The translations under genes were made by a program, and so were the position numbers. DNA of 64,000 nt. It comes from Octopus sinensis. Taxonomy: Eukaryota. Positions 26,562-39,824 of the stretch are shown here, piece by piece. The stretch's first letter is position 1. The number at the start of each line of letters is the position of its first letter. The stretch spans positions 107,756,001-107,820,000 of the forward strand of contig NC_042997.1 in the NCBI RefSeq assembly GCF_006345805.1, in the 5' to 3' direction. Under the pieces are notes generated by a model that ran no database searches, had not been told where the DNA came from, and worked only from the letters and a program-made list of their open reading frames with translations.

Positions 26562-27180
26562 GTAAGTTGACAACTAAAGCATTGATGTCTCTATTTCTTT
26601 TACATTAGCTGATTCTGTGTGCATGCGTTTACAGCTGTTACTACATTTTGGGACTGGCTTTCCCTTGAAGGCAAATGAAAGTAAAAATCCTTCATCCATT
26701 GCTACACAACAATTTCAACTTTGCCATACTTTGAGTGATACAGACATTTTGATATTTTGTAAATTATTTAGAAAACTTTCATACTAAAATTTTATCATTA
26801 ATTTAGAAATTAAAATTTTATTAGTAAATCTGGTACCATGTAAAAAGCACTTGTAGCAATGCCCCATAAAAAGCACTGGTGCTGGTGCCACGATGTTTAG
26901 AAAACAAAGTAAATCTACTCCAGAATAGTTGAAAAGTTTCGTTCTCTTTGTCCAGCACCGTTTACAGTACCAGAAAGTTTGAAATTTCTGATTGTCTCCA
27001 TATCCTCAATGAGTTAGGCTTGATACAATTTGTTTTTGTAGCATTTGAAAAAAAATCAGTCAAGTTCACAATTATGGTGTATGAAACTTTTATTTAATAA
27101 CAGTAGAAATAAGGCCCCTCGCCCCACCTTAAAAAAACGAAAGTTGTGTTAAAAAATGTTAGATGGCTTAGAATGTTTAA

Positions 27181-27394
27181 CCCTTTTGTTACCAACCCGG
27201 CCGAAACCGGCTCTGAGTACAAATGCCTTGTTTTCATAAGTTTTGAATTAAAATCTTCAACCAAACCTTAGTCACAATTTATGTTTGTAACACTAACTGA
27301 ATGATAACCAAGTTATTTTACTAAATTCTTTGTTATATTTAAAGTAATTCAAAGAAACACAGAGCATCTCAAAATAAATACGGTATCGAAAGGG
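27181..27394. mobile_element. piggyBac-type MITE
   Basis: TTAA|CCCTTTTGTTACC...GGTATCGAAAGGG|TTAA; 214 bp, non-coding. Confidence 0.85.
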
Positions 27395-27975
27395 TTAATT
27401 GATGATGATGAAGTAACAATATTTATGTTAATGGTTTGACTTAACCCTCTCATTACCATATTTCTGTTGAAATCCTCTCTTTGTTTCAATTGAAAATAAT
27501 GAAGACTTTAGTAAAATAACTCTGTCATTATTAACCGTTTCGTTATTTCTAACCAAAGTGGAATCGCATGTTTTCACGAATGTATTGACTAGATTTGTGC
27601 TGAAATTCACAATTAAATGACAATGGGTTTACTCGGCTGGCTTGAAAGTTGTGTTAAAAAATGTTAGATGGCTTAGAATGTTTAACCCTTTCGTTACCAA
27701 CCTGGCTGGGTTGATTGTTTGAGCCAAAAAATTTTTCAGCTGTGAAATTTTTAAGCTGGTGTCTGGGATATAAATTGAAATTTTGATTGAAGGTTTTAAT
27801 TTCCATTGTTATTTATATCATAGAACCAGGGGTATTTTCAGGTGGGTAATAATTAATGATTGATAATTGTTTTTCATTTAGTAGGAAATGGATTTTCTTT
27901 GTCCATAAAGCTTTTGATCATTCCTGTCCTGCTGATGTAATAAATGGTTTATATGAGGTGCTGTTTCTTTTGTAG

Positions 27976-28160
27976 GTGGTTTGCTGATTGCGCTTCCCCG
28001 AGAACAAGCTGCTGCATATTGCAAAGATATTGAAAAGCAAGAGGGGAACCAAGCTTGGATTATTGGAATTGTGGAGAAGGGCAATCGAACTGCCCGAATC
28101 ATCGACAAACCGCGGGTAATAGAAGTACCAGCAAAGGAAAAAGATGGAGAATTGTGGTAA
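27976..28160 (+). CDS. SPS2: Selenophosphate synthetase terminal coding exon
   Basis: tgtag|(G)[60 protein letters not shown] then TAA at 28158-28160. Confidence 0.95.
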
Positions 28161-30205
28161 TCGCCTCCCCCTCCTTCCTAGTTCTACCAATGGTTATGTG
28201 GACCAACAAGTGGGCATAATGTTGTGAGGAGTTGGTAACGAAGTTCAGAAATGGTTAAATCTTTAACAACAAAACAATTTTTAGAGCTTTTGTTGAGAAA
28301 TGTAATTCCTCTAACAAAATCATCAAAGTTTTTAGTTTAATCTTAATTCCTGGTCACTGATTTCTAATCTCAATTTTTGATCATTTTTCTCTTTTAGATT
28401 AGTTTAATCTTTGTATTTTGGGCATTTCTTTATGGTAACATTTTGATTTTCAAATTTGAAAAATCAAAACTCTTTTATTGTATTTCAACTTTAATAGTAG
28501 CGTATTTAACTAAACTTGTCTGTTTTCACCTTAATTTAATCTCTTTTACAGAAATAGTAATTTTTAAAAACTTTTTATTCATACAATTGCAATTTTTATC
28601 TCTAGCAGACACATATGAACGAATAATATGAATTTTTCTGGCTTAAAATAAATTCCTGTTCTGAGGTTTAAATGTTACCAAATGCTTCTGGAGTGGTCAG
28701 ATTTTAGAGTTTAATTTAGAGAGAATAAGATGAGAATGAGGAGGAGGAGGAGGAGGAGTATTTCAGGCCAATTTACTATAATTTGGTACCAGAACTGCTG
28801 GAATTGTCTTCTCTTGCCATAGCTTTATTTATCAAAAACTATTTTCGCACATTTCAACACAGAGCCAGAATAATTTACGTTTTCTGCCTAAATTTTTCTC
28901 TTAAACACTTAAATATTTTCTGGAAATAACCACTTCTATCTTGGAATTGTTTTTTTAGCCATTTAAAAACAAAGAGAAATCGTTCAGATCATTTTGTCCA
29001 TGATGGAATTTTTCAGTTTCAACAGATTTAGTCAATTCACTTGCCAAATAAGTACAACTTTGAAATTTCTAAAAATAATCTAAGGTCTTGTTTGTTTCCT
29101 CACTCTATTCTAGATAATATATATTTAATATGACCTGAAAAATCTCCAGTATTTCTGCTACTGCAACAGTTAAGAATTATCTTTTTCAAAATTTAGAAAG
29201 TTTTGTCTTATTACTTCAAACTTTTGAAAATTGTTCCAACTTTGATGTGAAGTAATTTTTTTCAATGTTTTCTAAAAAATGAATTAATGTGCTATTTTCT
29301 ATAAATGCCTCTGCTTTTGTGTTCCATAAAAGAAGAAAAATGGATTTGTTTGCTTCTCTTTTGCAATTATATTTGCCCCTTTTATATTGGTTAAAAGTCC
29401 TTGTCCATGTAAATATTGGTTGAACCGCTGAACATAAATTGAACTTTGACTGGTCTTTGATATAAGCTAATCAATAGTTACTGTCCATTCCATTCCAAGG
29501 CATTTTGCTTTGTCCAGGGTTGTTGTCATTCAATTCTAACCACAGTTAGGAATCCTGCATCCGACTTTTCTTTTTTTTTTCTCATTTCATCTCCACTTTT
29601 CAGCCACTCTCATCCCGTCCTTCCCCCAAGTCCTTTTTCTAGTAAACATAAATAACTTTGTTCATTAAGTTTTGGCATTCATTAAGGATCTACTTTGGAA
29701 AATTGAAGCTGGTTTAAAAAAAAAAAGCAAAAAAATTTTATTTTACAAAATTTTATTTTTTCTTCGTAGAAAATGTTGTTTAAAATTTGATGCAAAAATC
29801 GTGTTTTTGTAACTTAATTTGGTATTTTTACTGTCCCCTAATATTTTTTCTTGCTTCCTTCAGAATACCCTTTACAATTTTGTAACATTTTTATTCTGCT
29901 AAGGAAGCAATAAAAAATAGCGCATATTCAACTGTAAACAGGGACCTGTTTTTGGTTGCCAATAAAACCAGAAATGTCTCCCTAATATTGTGGTTCCATC
30001 CCTGGAGAACAACTGTCTGTTGAGAAAGCTGCTGGTTTTTAGGAGTCAATTTTTTTCTATGTATAATTTTTTTTTAAATGTTCAAAAGAATTTTTTTGTA
30101 AATTTTTCTTGTGTTGTTAATTCTAGTTTTGTACTAATGAGACCTTGAGCAAGTCCTGTACATCTAGATATTTAGTTCCAGGAAATCTCTTGTTGAAAGC
30201 TGTTT

Positions 30206-30276
30206 AATGGTCATCTTAATGAAATGACATTGGGAATTCGATGTCGAACCAGTGGCATGGATAACTGATGACCATT
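30206..30276 (+). promoter_or_regulatory. Type II SECIS element in the SPS 3' UTR
   Basis: Helix I AATGGTCATC/GATGACCATT (10/10); core ATGAA...GGAT; helix II ATGACATTGG/CCAGTGGCAT (one mismatch, one G-U); unpaired AA 12 nt after ATGA; apical mini-helix TTCG-ATGT-CGAA. Confidence 0.88.
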
Positions 30277-30314
30277 TTACGTTCAACGTGATTTCCAATC
30301 ATCTTTAAATCAGA

Positions 30315-30320
30315 AATAAA
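30315..30320 (+). terminator. Probable distal polyadenylation signal of SPS
   Basis: AATAAA ~40 nt after the SECIS, followed by a GT/T-rich tract (ctgttttctgtgttttttt). Confidence 0.6.
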
Positions 30321-30433
30321 ACACCAGTTTCACCAGATTTCTGTTTTCTGTGTTTTTTTTTTTCTTTTCTTGGAATATTGATGAAGGATGGCTTTGATGT
30401 GAATCTTTTGTTTATAACTGCTGAGTTGTTTTT

Positions 30434-30902
30434 GAGTGTTGGGCCTCACGGAGGCAAGGTGGCTGAGTTCCTTTCGAGTGGACCTCATGAAGGCGAGATG
30501 TCTGAGTTCCTTTCGAGTGGGCCTCACAGAGGCGAGGTGGCTGAGTTCCTTTCGAGTGGACCTCATGAAGGCAAGGTGGCTGAGTTCCTTTCGAGTGGAC
30601 CTCATGAAGGCGAGGTGGCCGAGTTCCTTTCGAGTGGACCTCATGAAGGCGAGGTGGCCGAGTTCCTTTCGAGTGGACCTCATGAAGGCGAGGTGGCCGA
30701 GTTCCTTTCGAGTGAGCCTCACGGAGGCGAGGTGGCCGAGTTCCTTTCGAGTGGGCCTCACGGAGGCAAGGTGGCCGAGTTCCTTTCGAGTGGGTCTCAC
30801 GGAGGCGAGGTGGCTGAGTTCCTTTCGAGAGGGCCTCATGAAGGCGAAGTGGCCAAGTTCCTTTCGAGTGGGCCTCACGGAGGCGAGGTGGTCGAGTTCC
30901 CT
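30434..30902 (+). repeat. 39-bp minisatellite, 12 units
   Basis: Consensus GAGTGGRCCTCAYGRAGGCRAGGTGGCYGAGTTCCTTTC; gives 13-aa repeats (GPHEGEVAEFLSS) in ORF 30378-30965. Confidence 0.95.
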
Positions 30903-32690
30903 TTGGCAGGGAAATGGGTTGATAGGATGGTCGTGGTAATCAGGGTGTTATGGCAGGATTGTTAAACTCACTTTGGATAATGTAACTCTACATATCTCTA
31001 CATGTGCTCCTCATGCTGAGCTGGCACATAATCAGAAGGAGCAATCACAGGAAGTTCTGCAGATCACCTCGATGAGGAATAGCAGTGACTGTTGACTTCA
31101 ACAGACATATTGAACAACATTCCAACAGATTTCATGGCGTGCATGCTAGTTACGGCTTTGGTTCTAGAAATGCGGAGAGAGCAAGGTTGCTGGGGTTTTG
31201 TGATGCAAATGGTTTGTTGAGCTGCCACAATATCCTCAGGAAACATGCTAGTTATCTATCAATATGGTGGCCACAGAAGAGCCAGATTGACAACATTCTC
31301 ACAAGAAAGAAGAGATAGTAGTGGATGCCAAGTCCCTAATGAGATAAGTGGTTAGTGACTCCAGATTTAGGGATAGAAGGACTCTGAGATGCAAACCAGA
31401 CTGGGAAAGAAGGCTATGTAAGCTTAAGGATCATTCGAATGATTGGAGATTTAGAGGCATTCTAATTGAAGCATTTGACGAGAAGATAAAGATTGAGGAC
31501 AACTGGAAACTTTTACGGGACAACCTACTTAAGAGTGACAAATTTGTGGCTGGGGCAAAAATTTCGTGAAACTGAAGGTGACATGGTGGTGGAATAGTGA
31601 GGTAAAGAGGGAAGGAAAATGGGGGCAGCAGAGAACTATATCTAGTAGGCAGACGACAGGTCTATTTAGTAAGGGCAGAAAGAAAAAAGTTCGCCATTGT
31701 TTTACAACTTGAGGATGAGAGGCGATAGGCGTGATGGATTGCATAATAGTGTTTAAGAGAATCAAGATGTGGGAGAGAAGTGTATACGGATGGAGAGTGG
31801 CCTTAGTGACCCTGAAAAGAAAGAAGCACGGGAGTGCTATTAGGAAAGGTTAATAAACGTAGAGAATGCATGGGAGAGAGAGAGAGTCTCCCCAACAGAG
31901 GATGCCAGCTATCAGTTGTGTGCTTGACACGGTGATGGAAGATATGAATGCAGGGAAAGCCCCTGGTCCATCAGGAATCACAGCTGAGATGCTTAAAATA
32001 TTTGGCAGAGATAGGTTATAGCCTAGCCAGCTGTATACTTAATCAGGTTATATAGGTCGGTGTCATCGCAATAACTGCTTTAAAAGCATCAGTCAGCTGT
32101 TACAAGCGTAAAGATGTTTTAGATAGCGGTAACTACAGAGGGCCAGGTTAGGAAGATTATAGCAGAGTAAAAAGAAATTTGATGAGATGCAGTTTGATTA
32201 TGTGTCTGGAAGGAGTGCTACTGATGCTATCTTTCTGGTGAGATAATTGCAGGAAAAATATTTAGCCAAGATTAAACCATTGGCATCCATTGATTTGGAG
32301 AAAGCCTTTGATAAAGTCCCTTACTCTGTAATATGGTGATCTCTGAGGACGCTGAGAGATAGATGAATGGCATGTGAAAGCAGAACAAGCCATGAACAAG
32401 GCAGCTGTCAGTAAGAGTTAACCATGAGTACAGAGACGAACATAATAATGTGCAGGTGGGCGTTCACCAGAGCTCAGTTCTCCTCCCATTCATCATTGTA
32501 CTGTAGACCATAACAGGAATTTAAGACCACGAGCACCAGGGAACTACCATATGGTGAGAGCCTCATTCTCATCGCGGAATCTGTAACAGAAAAGAAATTC
32601 CAGGTGTGGAAGCAAAACTTGGAATCGAAGAGTCTTAAAGTTAACATGGCAAATACCAAAGTTCTATTAAGCAAGAAAATATAAATCAAA
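30903..32690 (+). mobile_element. Degraded RTE LINE (mid-endonuclease to RT, both ends truncated)
   Basis: Fragments LAGKWVDR, VDFNRHI..HGVHASYGFGSRNAER (AP endonuclease), gggaaagcccctggtccatcaggaatcacagctgagatg (GKAPGPSGITAEM) and LEKAFD remnants; many stops and frameshifts. Confidence 0.85.
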
Positions 32691-32940
32691 TCGATCTCAG
32701 TACTTTTTTTACTTTTTAAGCTTGGTATTTACTCTGTTAGGCTCTTTTGCCGAACTGCTAAGTTACGGGAACTTAAAAATATCAACACTGGTTTTCAAGA
32801 GGCTGTGAGGGATAAACGCAGACACACACACATGCACGCACGCACGAACGAACGCGCGCGCGCTCACACACACACACACACATACACACACACACGACGG
32901 ACTTCTTTCAGTTTCCGTCTACCAAATCCACTCACCAAAG

Positions 32941-33016
<76 letters not shown>

Positions 33017-34299
33017 AAAATCTTTGAACGATGCAGGTAAGGAGCTTAAGGTGGGTGTCAGAGAATGAAAACGAAGAGGTTGTTTAATGATCTTATGATA
33101 TTCCGAGAAAATCCACATTTCAAATAGACGAAAGCATGTATGGAGTTCTGAGGAATGTGTTGTTATTATCAAGCGATTCCAGCGTTGTGGCGAAACGCAT
33201 TTATGAAAGTATCTGTTGTTATGGTCGGTTGTTACCAATTGCAAGAGGATGTGGCAAAAGCAGCAGCAGCGAGTGCGGGTGTAAAAAGGAGTGATGGGTG
33301 AGATCAATGAGCTTTAATGTTAGTCAGTAGATAAGGAATTTTGAGAATTTCTTAGTTCATACTATTCTGTATAAGAAAAAGTTGTGTTCAAATATGTACG
33401 TTTCAGATTATATTCTTTATCAAAGAGAAGGAAAAGAAATAAGAAATGTAAGAAAAGCATAAAATTGAAACGATACAGAATCCACGTCTGTTTACATTAC
33501 AGGCTTATAGTAAAAGGGAAGTGGGCGAGTGGGATAGTAGGACTAGAAGTGAGGATCTGCGGAGCGAAAAAAGGAGAGAGCGCATAAGGAAGAAAAAGGA
33601 GGAGAGGGCGGGAAAGAATATGAGAAAGTTGAGGGAAAAGGAAGAGAATGAATGAAGTGAGGAGAAGAGGGGTAGCTCAAAATATCGGTGTATTTATAGT
33701 GTAGTTAATGTTCAATGTTGTCATTATGTCGGTGTTAATTAATATCTAACTTGTATCAAGGAATAGAAACTTCATGACATGGTATTCTGCAGTCACGCTC
33801 ATAATATAAAATATTCAGTTAAGAATAAACGTACACATACGCAGACAAACCCAATGCAAGATCGTCTGAGATATTGCGAACAATGTGAGGTCGTTATTAG
33901 TATAGCGATCAATGTAATAACGTTAATAACACCGGGAAAAAAGTTGGGTCTTTCTTAATCATGGGGTGAAATAGGTCGGAACATATTCTTCTTAGAAAAT
34001 ATTATCACGAAGATCTTCCTCCCGACATATCCTAGAACCACCCGTTTCTTACTCTCATCTACAGCAACTGTCTTAAAATATATTTCCAGTGCACTGATTG
34101 AATTCTTCCAATTATTTGCTATCGAAGCTGGCGGAGTCGTGACGTCGGAGTGCTGTGCTGGGTTTGGATAATGTTTGCTACCATTATATCCGGTAACGCC
34201 TCGCTTCAGTGTTTATTAACGTAGATTCCCAAACAAAGTTGTACTTGTAAAAGGTAATTTATTTCTGGAGGTTTTCTTCAATTCACTGGCCAAAATTTC

Positions 34300-35330
34300 T
34301 TCATGCTGGCAGAAATGGTCGTCCGACCACCGGATTGAGTCATGTGAAATTGTGAATCAACATAAATTGTGGGAAGCATGTAAATCTACCACCGTACGAA
34401 TGTTACAAAGGGAAGTGATTCACCAAAGAAAATTTCAGGATTTGACAAGGTATGCCAACAGAAAGAATGGGATAGTGTGGTCATTATGACATACGTTGCT
34501 CTTGAGGGCAGAGATCTTACAAACCAACTTCTAAGGAAGGAAAACAGGAAAAACCCTGAAGGATAGTGTATTTCACGCTTCATGAAGAATCGGAGAGGGG
34601 TGTCATCTCCGATTCTAGATCTGATGCTATTGAAACAGCTGAGAAATGTATTGGGACTCAGTTACCATTATTCTGTGAAAGGCCAGCTTCACCAAGAATG
34701 ATTTTTACATCCACTGGAACTTGTGAGAAAATGATTGACTATCTTAAAGTCGAACAAATATTAATGTTGGCGGTAAAGTAACTATTTAATGTTTTAGCAA
34801 AGACAGTAACTGAAGATCTTCTCTGAAATGTTTGGAGAGGACATGTTACGAGGGCTTCATATTATGTTTCTTGTTTTTAGTGAAGTTTGATTCATTGTTA
34901 TATAACGGTTTCCGGTGAGTCCGACCATAAAGAATTGTCTTCATCTTACGAAATTTGGCCACCACAGTTTGCTGTCATTTTGGCAATTCTGCTAGATTCA
35001 CCAGTTTTAAATGGGTCGCAGAGATGATGCTCTGCACATACCTTGAGTAAATATGGCGTACTCAACCACCGCAGTTTCTAACTCCTCCCCACAAAAGCGG
35101 ACCCTCGTTAGTTGAGAAGAATACAAAAATAGAATCACACACCTCGTATGCTATTCCAATAGAGCATACTATTGTGATTTCTGTTATGTGGGCAATGAAG
35201 GCTTCCGATAAACTAAAATTATATAACTTTAAAGTTTTGTAACTTTTAATTATTAATTTCAAGACAAAATGAATGTGATTTTCGTCATCAGCTAAACTGC
35301 GCCAGAATGGAAAAAATCTGAAACAACTCT
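34300..35330 (-). mobile_element. Highly decayed Gypsy-like integrase region
   Basis: Scattered motifs on the minus strand: LLWGG, H..VNL...LWWPNF (zinc-binding region), SNPEIFFGESL; many stops. Confidence 0.35.
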
Positions 35331-35363
35331 GCTGGTTGGAAAATAAAAAAAATTTTAAAGATC

Positions 35364-35454
<91 letters not shown>

Positions 35455-35573
35455 CACACACGTAGGCATACACACACGCACACACACACACGTAGGCATA
35501 CGCACACACGGACCCCCCCACACACAGAGTATACACACACACACATATACATACATATATATATATATATATA

Positions 35574-37935
35574 CTAGCAGAATTGCCCGGCGATGCTCGG
35601 GGCTGAATTGCTTGAAAGTACTGTTAATGATTGCACTGAATTATGATGATTATTCAGGCAAATATTGATATAAGTTTACGGCGAATGAATGTATTTGTAA
35701 GTGTATAGAAAGCCGTGTAAAGGGGTTCCTACCCCCTCGTAGAATGGTGTAAGAATTGAATGCGAGGTTGCCTTGAAAAGAGCGATGTAATTGTTCTCAT
35801 AATTGTAAGAATTTGATAGTCGTGGAAGGCGGTGTAAAACGTTCGCAGGTGAATAGGGTCTCTTCGTTTTCCACGAACGGCAACGGATGTGCTGTTACAA
35901 AACTTCATGCTGTGTTAAAAGAGAATGGATGCCCTATATAGGCAAGAAGGGAATGAAGCATGGGTAAGTAAATATGGGTAATTTATAAAATATAGAACAA
36001 TAGCATCTACTCACCATATGCCAGACCGGCAAGACTGTAGTGGTGCTGAATAGATGAATCACAACACAGTGGTGGAGATGTTTTCATTGATGGGCGTTAT
36101 GATTAAATTTGTTGTTGTATAAAATGATCTGTTGCTTAGTTTCCAAAGTGTATGTTGCGATCGTGTTGTCGCTTATGTAAACTTTAACATTGAGAGTGTA
36201 GATGTAGGGGTAGATGTGTCATGTACGTTGGATATAGAAGATGAGGCTGGTGGTTTGATGATGAATGGATAGAAATAGAGGTGAGCGAAGGACAGGTGTT
36301 GGTTAAGTGTGAATTAATGTCATGAAACGCCTAAAAATGTAAATGCCATCATAAAAGAGAGTCGTATGTAAGTGAAATACTAACGTGTTCGAAAATGATG
36401 AAACGTAGTAATCCTATAAAACCTCCTTGTACACAATGTTTTTTGTTTTTCGTTGTGGAACGAATGCGAAAGCATCACTGTTGCTGCCGACACGCGAGCA
36501 GGCAACATAAAGCTGACCATGAGAGAAACATGGCTCTCCCAAATGTATTCCCGCCACAGACAGTGTTTGACCCTGCGCTTTGTTAATTGACATTGCGAAA
36601 CATGGCCTTACTGGGAACCGGGACCTCCGAAATATGAAAGGTAGGTCTGCTCTTGATGGGAAAAGATGCATCCTAGGTATGAGCACAACGTTGCCTCGAC
36701 CGCACCCTGTGATAATGGTGGCCTCAATCAGATTGGGAGATAAGGACTTAACGATCAAACGTGTGCCAGTGCATTGTTTTGGGGGAAGCAAATTTCTAAT
36801 GAGCATTATAGGGGCACCAATTTTAAGTTTGAGAATGTGTGGTGGTGGTCCATGGGCTCAAAGGAATTGAGTACCTCTATTGGATAGTTGATGACGTCCT
36901 CTGGGTCAGGAGTTGTATCGATAGACTTATATACATAGACATCCCCAGGAATGAGTTTTAGCATTTCATCATTAATATGGTGAACAGTTTTATTCCTCGG
37001 GGCCAGAATAGCTCTTTGGCCAATCCAATCCATATTCTGATAATTAGCTTGTAGATCTGGGAACACTGCATCTCTGAGATCAGAAGACGTTTTAACAATG
37101 GTACAAATGGAATCGATGGCAATATTACCACTTTCATCCCCTGGTATTTTGCCTTCGCCAAGTGCAAGGAGGGTGTGAGAAAATGCTGCTGATGTGATAT
37201 CACGTCGCATATGAGCACGCATATTGGTGTGAAGTTTGAGAGTCTTCACCAGTGACCACAATGTGGATGACTTAAGACACGCACTTACTGCATCAGCTGT
37301 AGTCCCTTTGGGAATAACGGGAAGTGTTTGTCGGAAGTCCCTTAAAAAAGAAGTGTTATGCCTCCCATGGGAGCTGAAGAGTGTTTGATGTCTCTGAGAG
37401 ATCTATCTAGTGCCTCAAGAGCACCTCTGTGGGCCATCGTGCATTCATCCCAAATGATAAGCTTGCATCGTCTGAAAACTTCTGCCTGATCGGAGCTGTT
37501 ACTGATGTTGCAAGTTGGTGTCTCAGTCTTCGCTAAATCAAGCGGGAGCTTGAAAGTGGAGTGAGCTGTCCTGCCGCCTGGCAAGAAAGTAGCCGCAATT
37601 CCAGATGATGCTACAGCTAGGGCAATGCTTTGTGTTCGCCTAATCTTAGCCAATATTAATTAGTTGACAAAAGTTTTCCCAGTGCCCCCAGGAGCGTCCA
37701 GGAAAAAAATCCCCTCAGCTTTGGCCCGAACTGAATTAACAACGGAGTTGTAAGCGAACTTCTGTTCTGGAAGGAGCTTTGGCTCATTGTCGGCTATGTA
37801 CTCGGCAAGCTCGTCAACATTAAAACATGTCTCACGCAGCAAATGTGAAGACAGAGTGTTTGTGCCTTCCCGGTTTGTTGAAGGTAGGCCATAGACCGGC
37901 AAGGTACTACCGCCCATATCAAGTACAGTATCTTC
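35574..37935 (-). mobile_element. Helitron 3' portion: decayed PIF1-like helicase plus 3' terminus
   Basis: FLDAPGGTGKT (Walker A), LIIWDECTM, FAMSINKAQGQTL, FSHGQLYVACSRV in broken frames; 3' end CCCG-AGCATCGC-CGGG..CTAG|T in a (TA)n tract; no 5' TC end found. Confidence 0.88.
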
Positions 37936-38161
37936 GAACGTAGTTTGTTACCACACAGCCACACCTGCCCCTATGCATGTGTGTGTGTGTGTGTGCGTAT
38001 GTGTGTATGGGTAGATATATTATGCATGTATATATATGTGTATATATATATGTGTACATATTACATGTAAATCTATATATATACATCTATACATAAAATA
38101 CAAAATACAAAGTTATATCTTGATATCGCTAGTGATAACAATACTCAAAATATATAACAGA

Positions 38162-38573
38162 CTGGAATTGTAGGCCCGTCTCTTGCAATTTCGATCAATT
38201 GGATCTTGTCCTCCCTCTTGTATAGAAGTGTACGGCTGCAGCGAAATTCATTTTTGGACTTTCTTCTATCGAAGGCATTTTAACAAAAATGCTTCCGTAA
38301 AGACGGTGAAAATATTGTCAATTTCCCCAAACAGGGACACAATTCAATTTTTAAACAATAACCAAAGCCCCTTCTCCGGAAGGGGGAGGGTTACGGTTTA
38401 CAATTATTTAACAAATGCAACACAACAACGTTTCCCTGACGAGGAACCAACAAACGTGATTACAATAGTCAAACAGTAATAATAATAACAACAAACATTT
38501 TTAATTTATCCCCATTTATGTGAAACCACTTATTCAAGTTCAAGTCTTTGATGCAATTTTATACGAATTGCTA

Positions 38574-38622
<49 letters not shown>

Positions 38623-39045
38623 ATAAAGGTGAAAAATTGAATATTAATTTGATTAATATGAATTGAAACCAGTGGTGTAGCATATAAGACCATATCGGAT
38701 CTTCCTCTAGCAAAAAGGATGACCAGTATTAATGGCTCATCCCTGTTATATAAATACTTTCACTTTAATAGTTTCACACTTGCAAAGAGAAAGTAGGAGA
38801 AAGTGTCGTGGTAATAGCAGGAGTAAACCACTTGAAATGAGAGAGGGAAATCGTAAAATATTGAATTTTCTCGAATTTTTGCTTAATTGGGGGTCAAATT
38901 AAAAAAACTTTACATGCCATGAACCAATCGAATCTACTTGGAAAAATCATAGGTAAATTCTAATTGAAGAAATTCTATATTGTAGAATTGTATTAAAAAG
39001 AAATATGGGAACAGGCAGAGAAAATCTGCCTTTCATCATAAGAGA
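38162..39045 (-). mobile_element. Possible non-autonomous Helitron-like element
   Basis: A|TCTCTTATGATGAAAG start with a GGCAGA/TCTGCC hairpin and an ...ACGGGCCTACAATTCCAG|T end (CTAG variant); boundaries uncertain. Confidence 0.3.
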
Positions 39046-39360
39046 TTTACACGCACACACACATACAGAGTATATATATATATATATTTATATTTACACG
39101 CACACACACATACAGAGTGTATATATATACTCATTACTACCACTTTTCTCGGTTTCTCTTACTGAGGAATGTTAAGGCGCCAAAAAAAGTGTCTAGAAGT
39201 CTGATAGAGGTCGATACTGAGCAGATAAAAACTTTTCACACTTTTTACCGTAAGTGAACATAGTTTTCTCCAAAATAAACTGTCATGAAATTGCCCTTCA
39301 AAGTTAAAATATGATACAAACAACATATTTGAAAAATCGTAAAGTTTGTTTGTGGAGGTG

Positions 39361-39374
39361 TATATATATATATA

Positions 39375-39450
<76 letters not shown>

Positions 39451-39689
39451 GGACTAGAACTGTTTCATTCAAGAGAAATCTTCAGGAAGCTAGTTAACAA
39501 GAATTGTATTGCCATTTATACATTTAGGCAGGTTTAAAGGGGTGTTGGTGGGGGACTTTTGGGGGTAGGCATAGCGCAAAATATCATACTTGGGGGAGTG
39601 GTCAAGGAGTCAGTGTTAAATTAGATAGAAGAATAAATTAAAAAAAAAAAATATATATATATAAAAAAATGTATATATATATATGTGTA

Positions 39690-39722
<33 letters not shown>

Positions 39723-39743
39723 GTATATGTATATATATGTGTA

Positions 39744-39824
<81 letters not shown>

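Noticed and set aside
30434-30902. CRISPR-like or hammerhead-like reading of the 39-bp array (TTCATGA-G..C-GAAA on the minus strand)
   Set aside because: There are no unique spacers or cas genes in this eukaryotic context; the motif lacks the essential CUGA core and lies antisense to the element.
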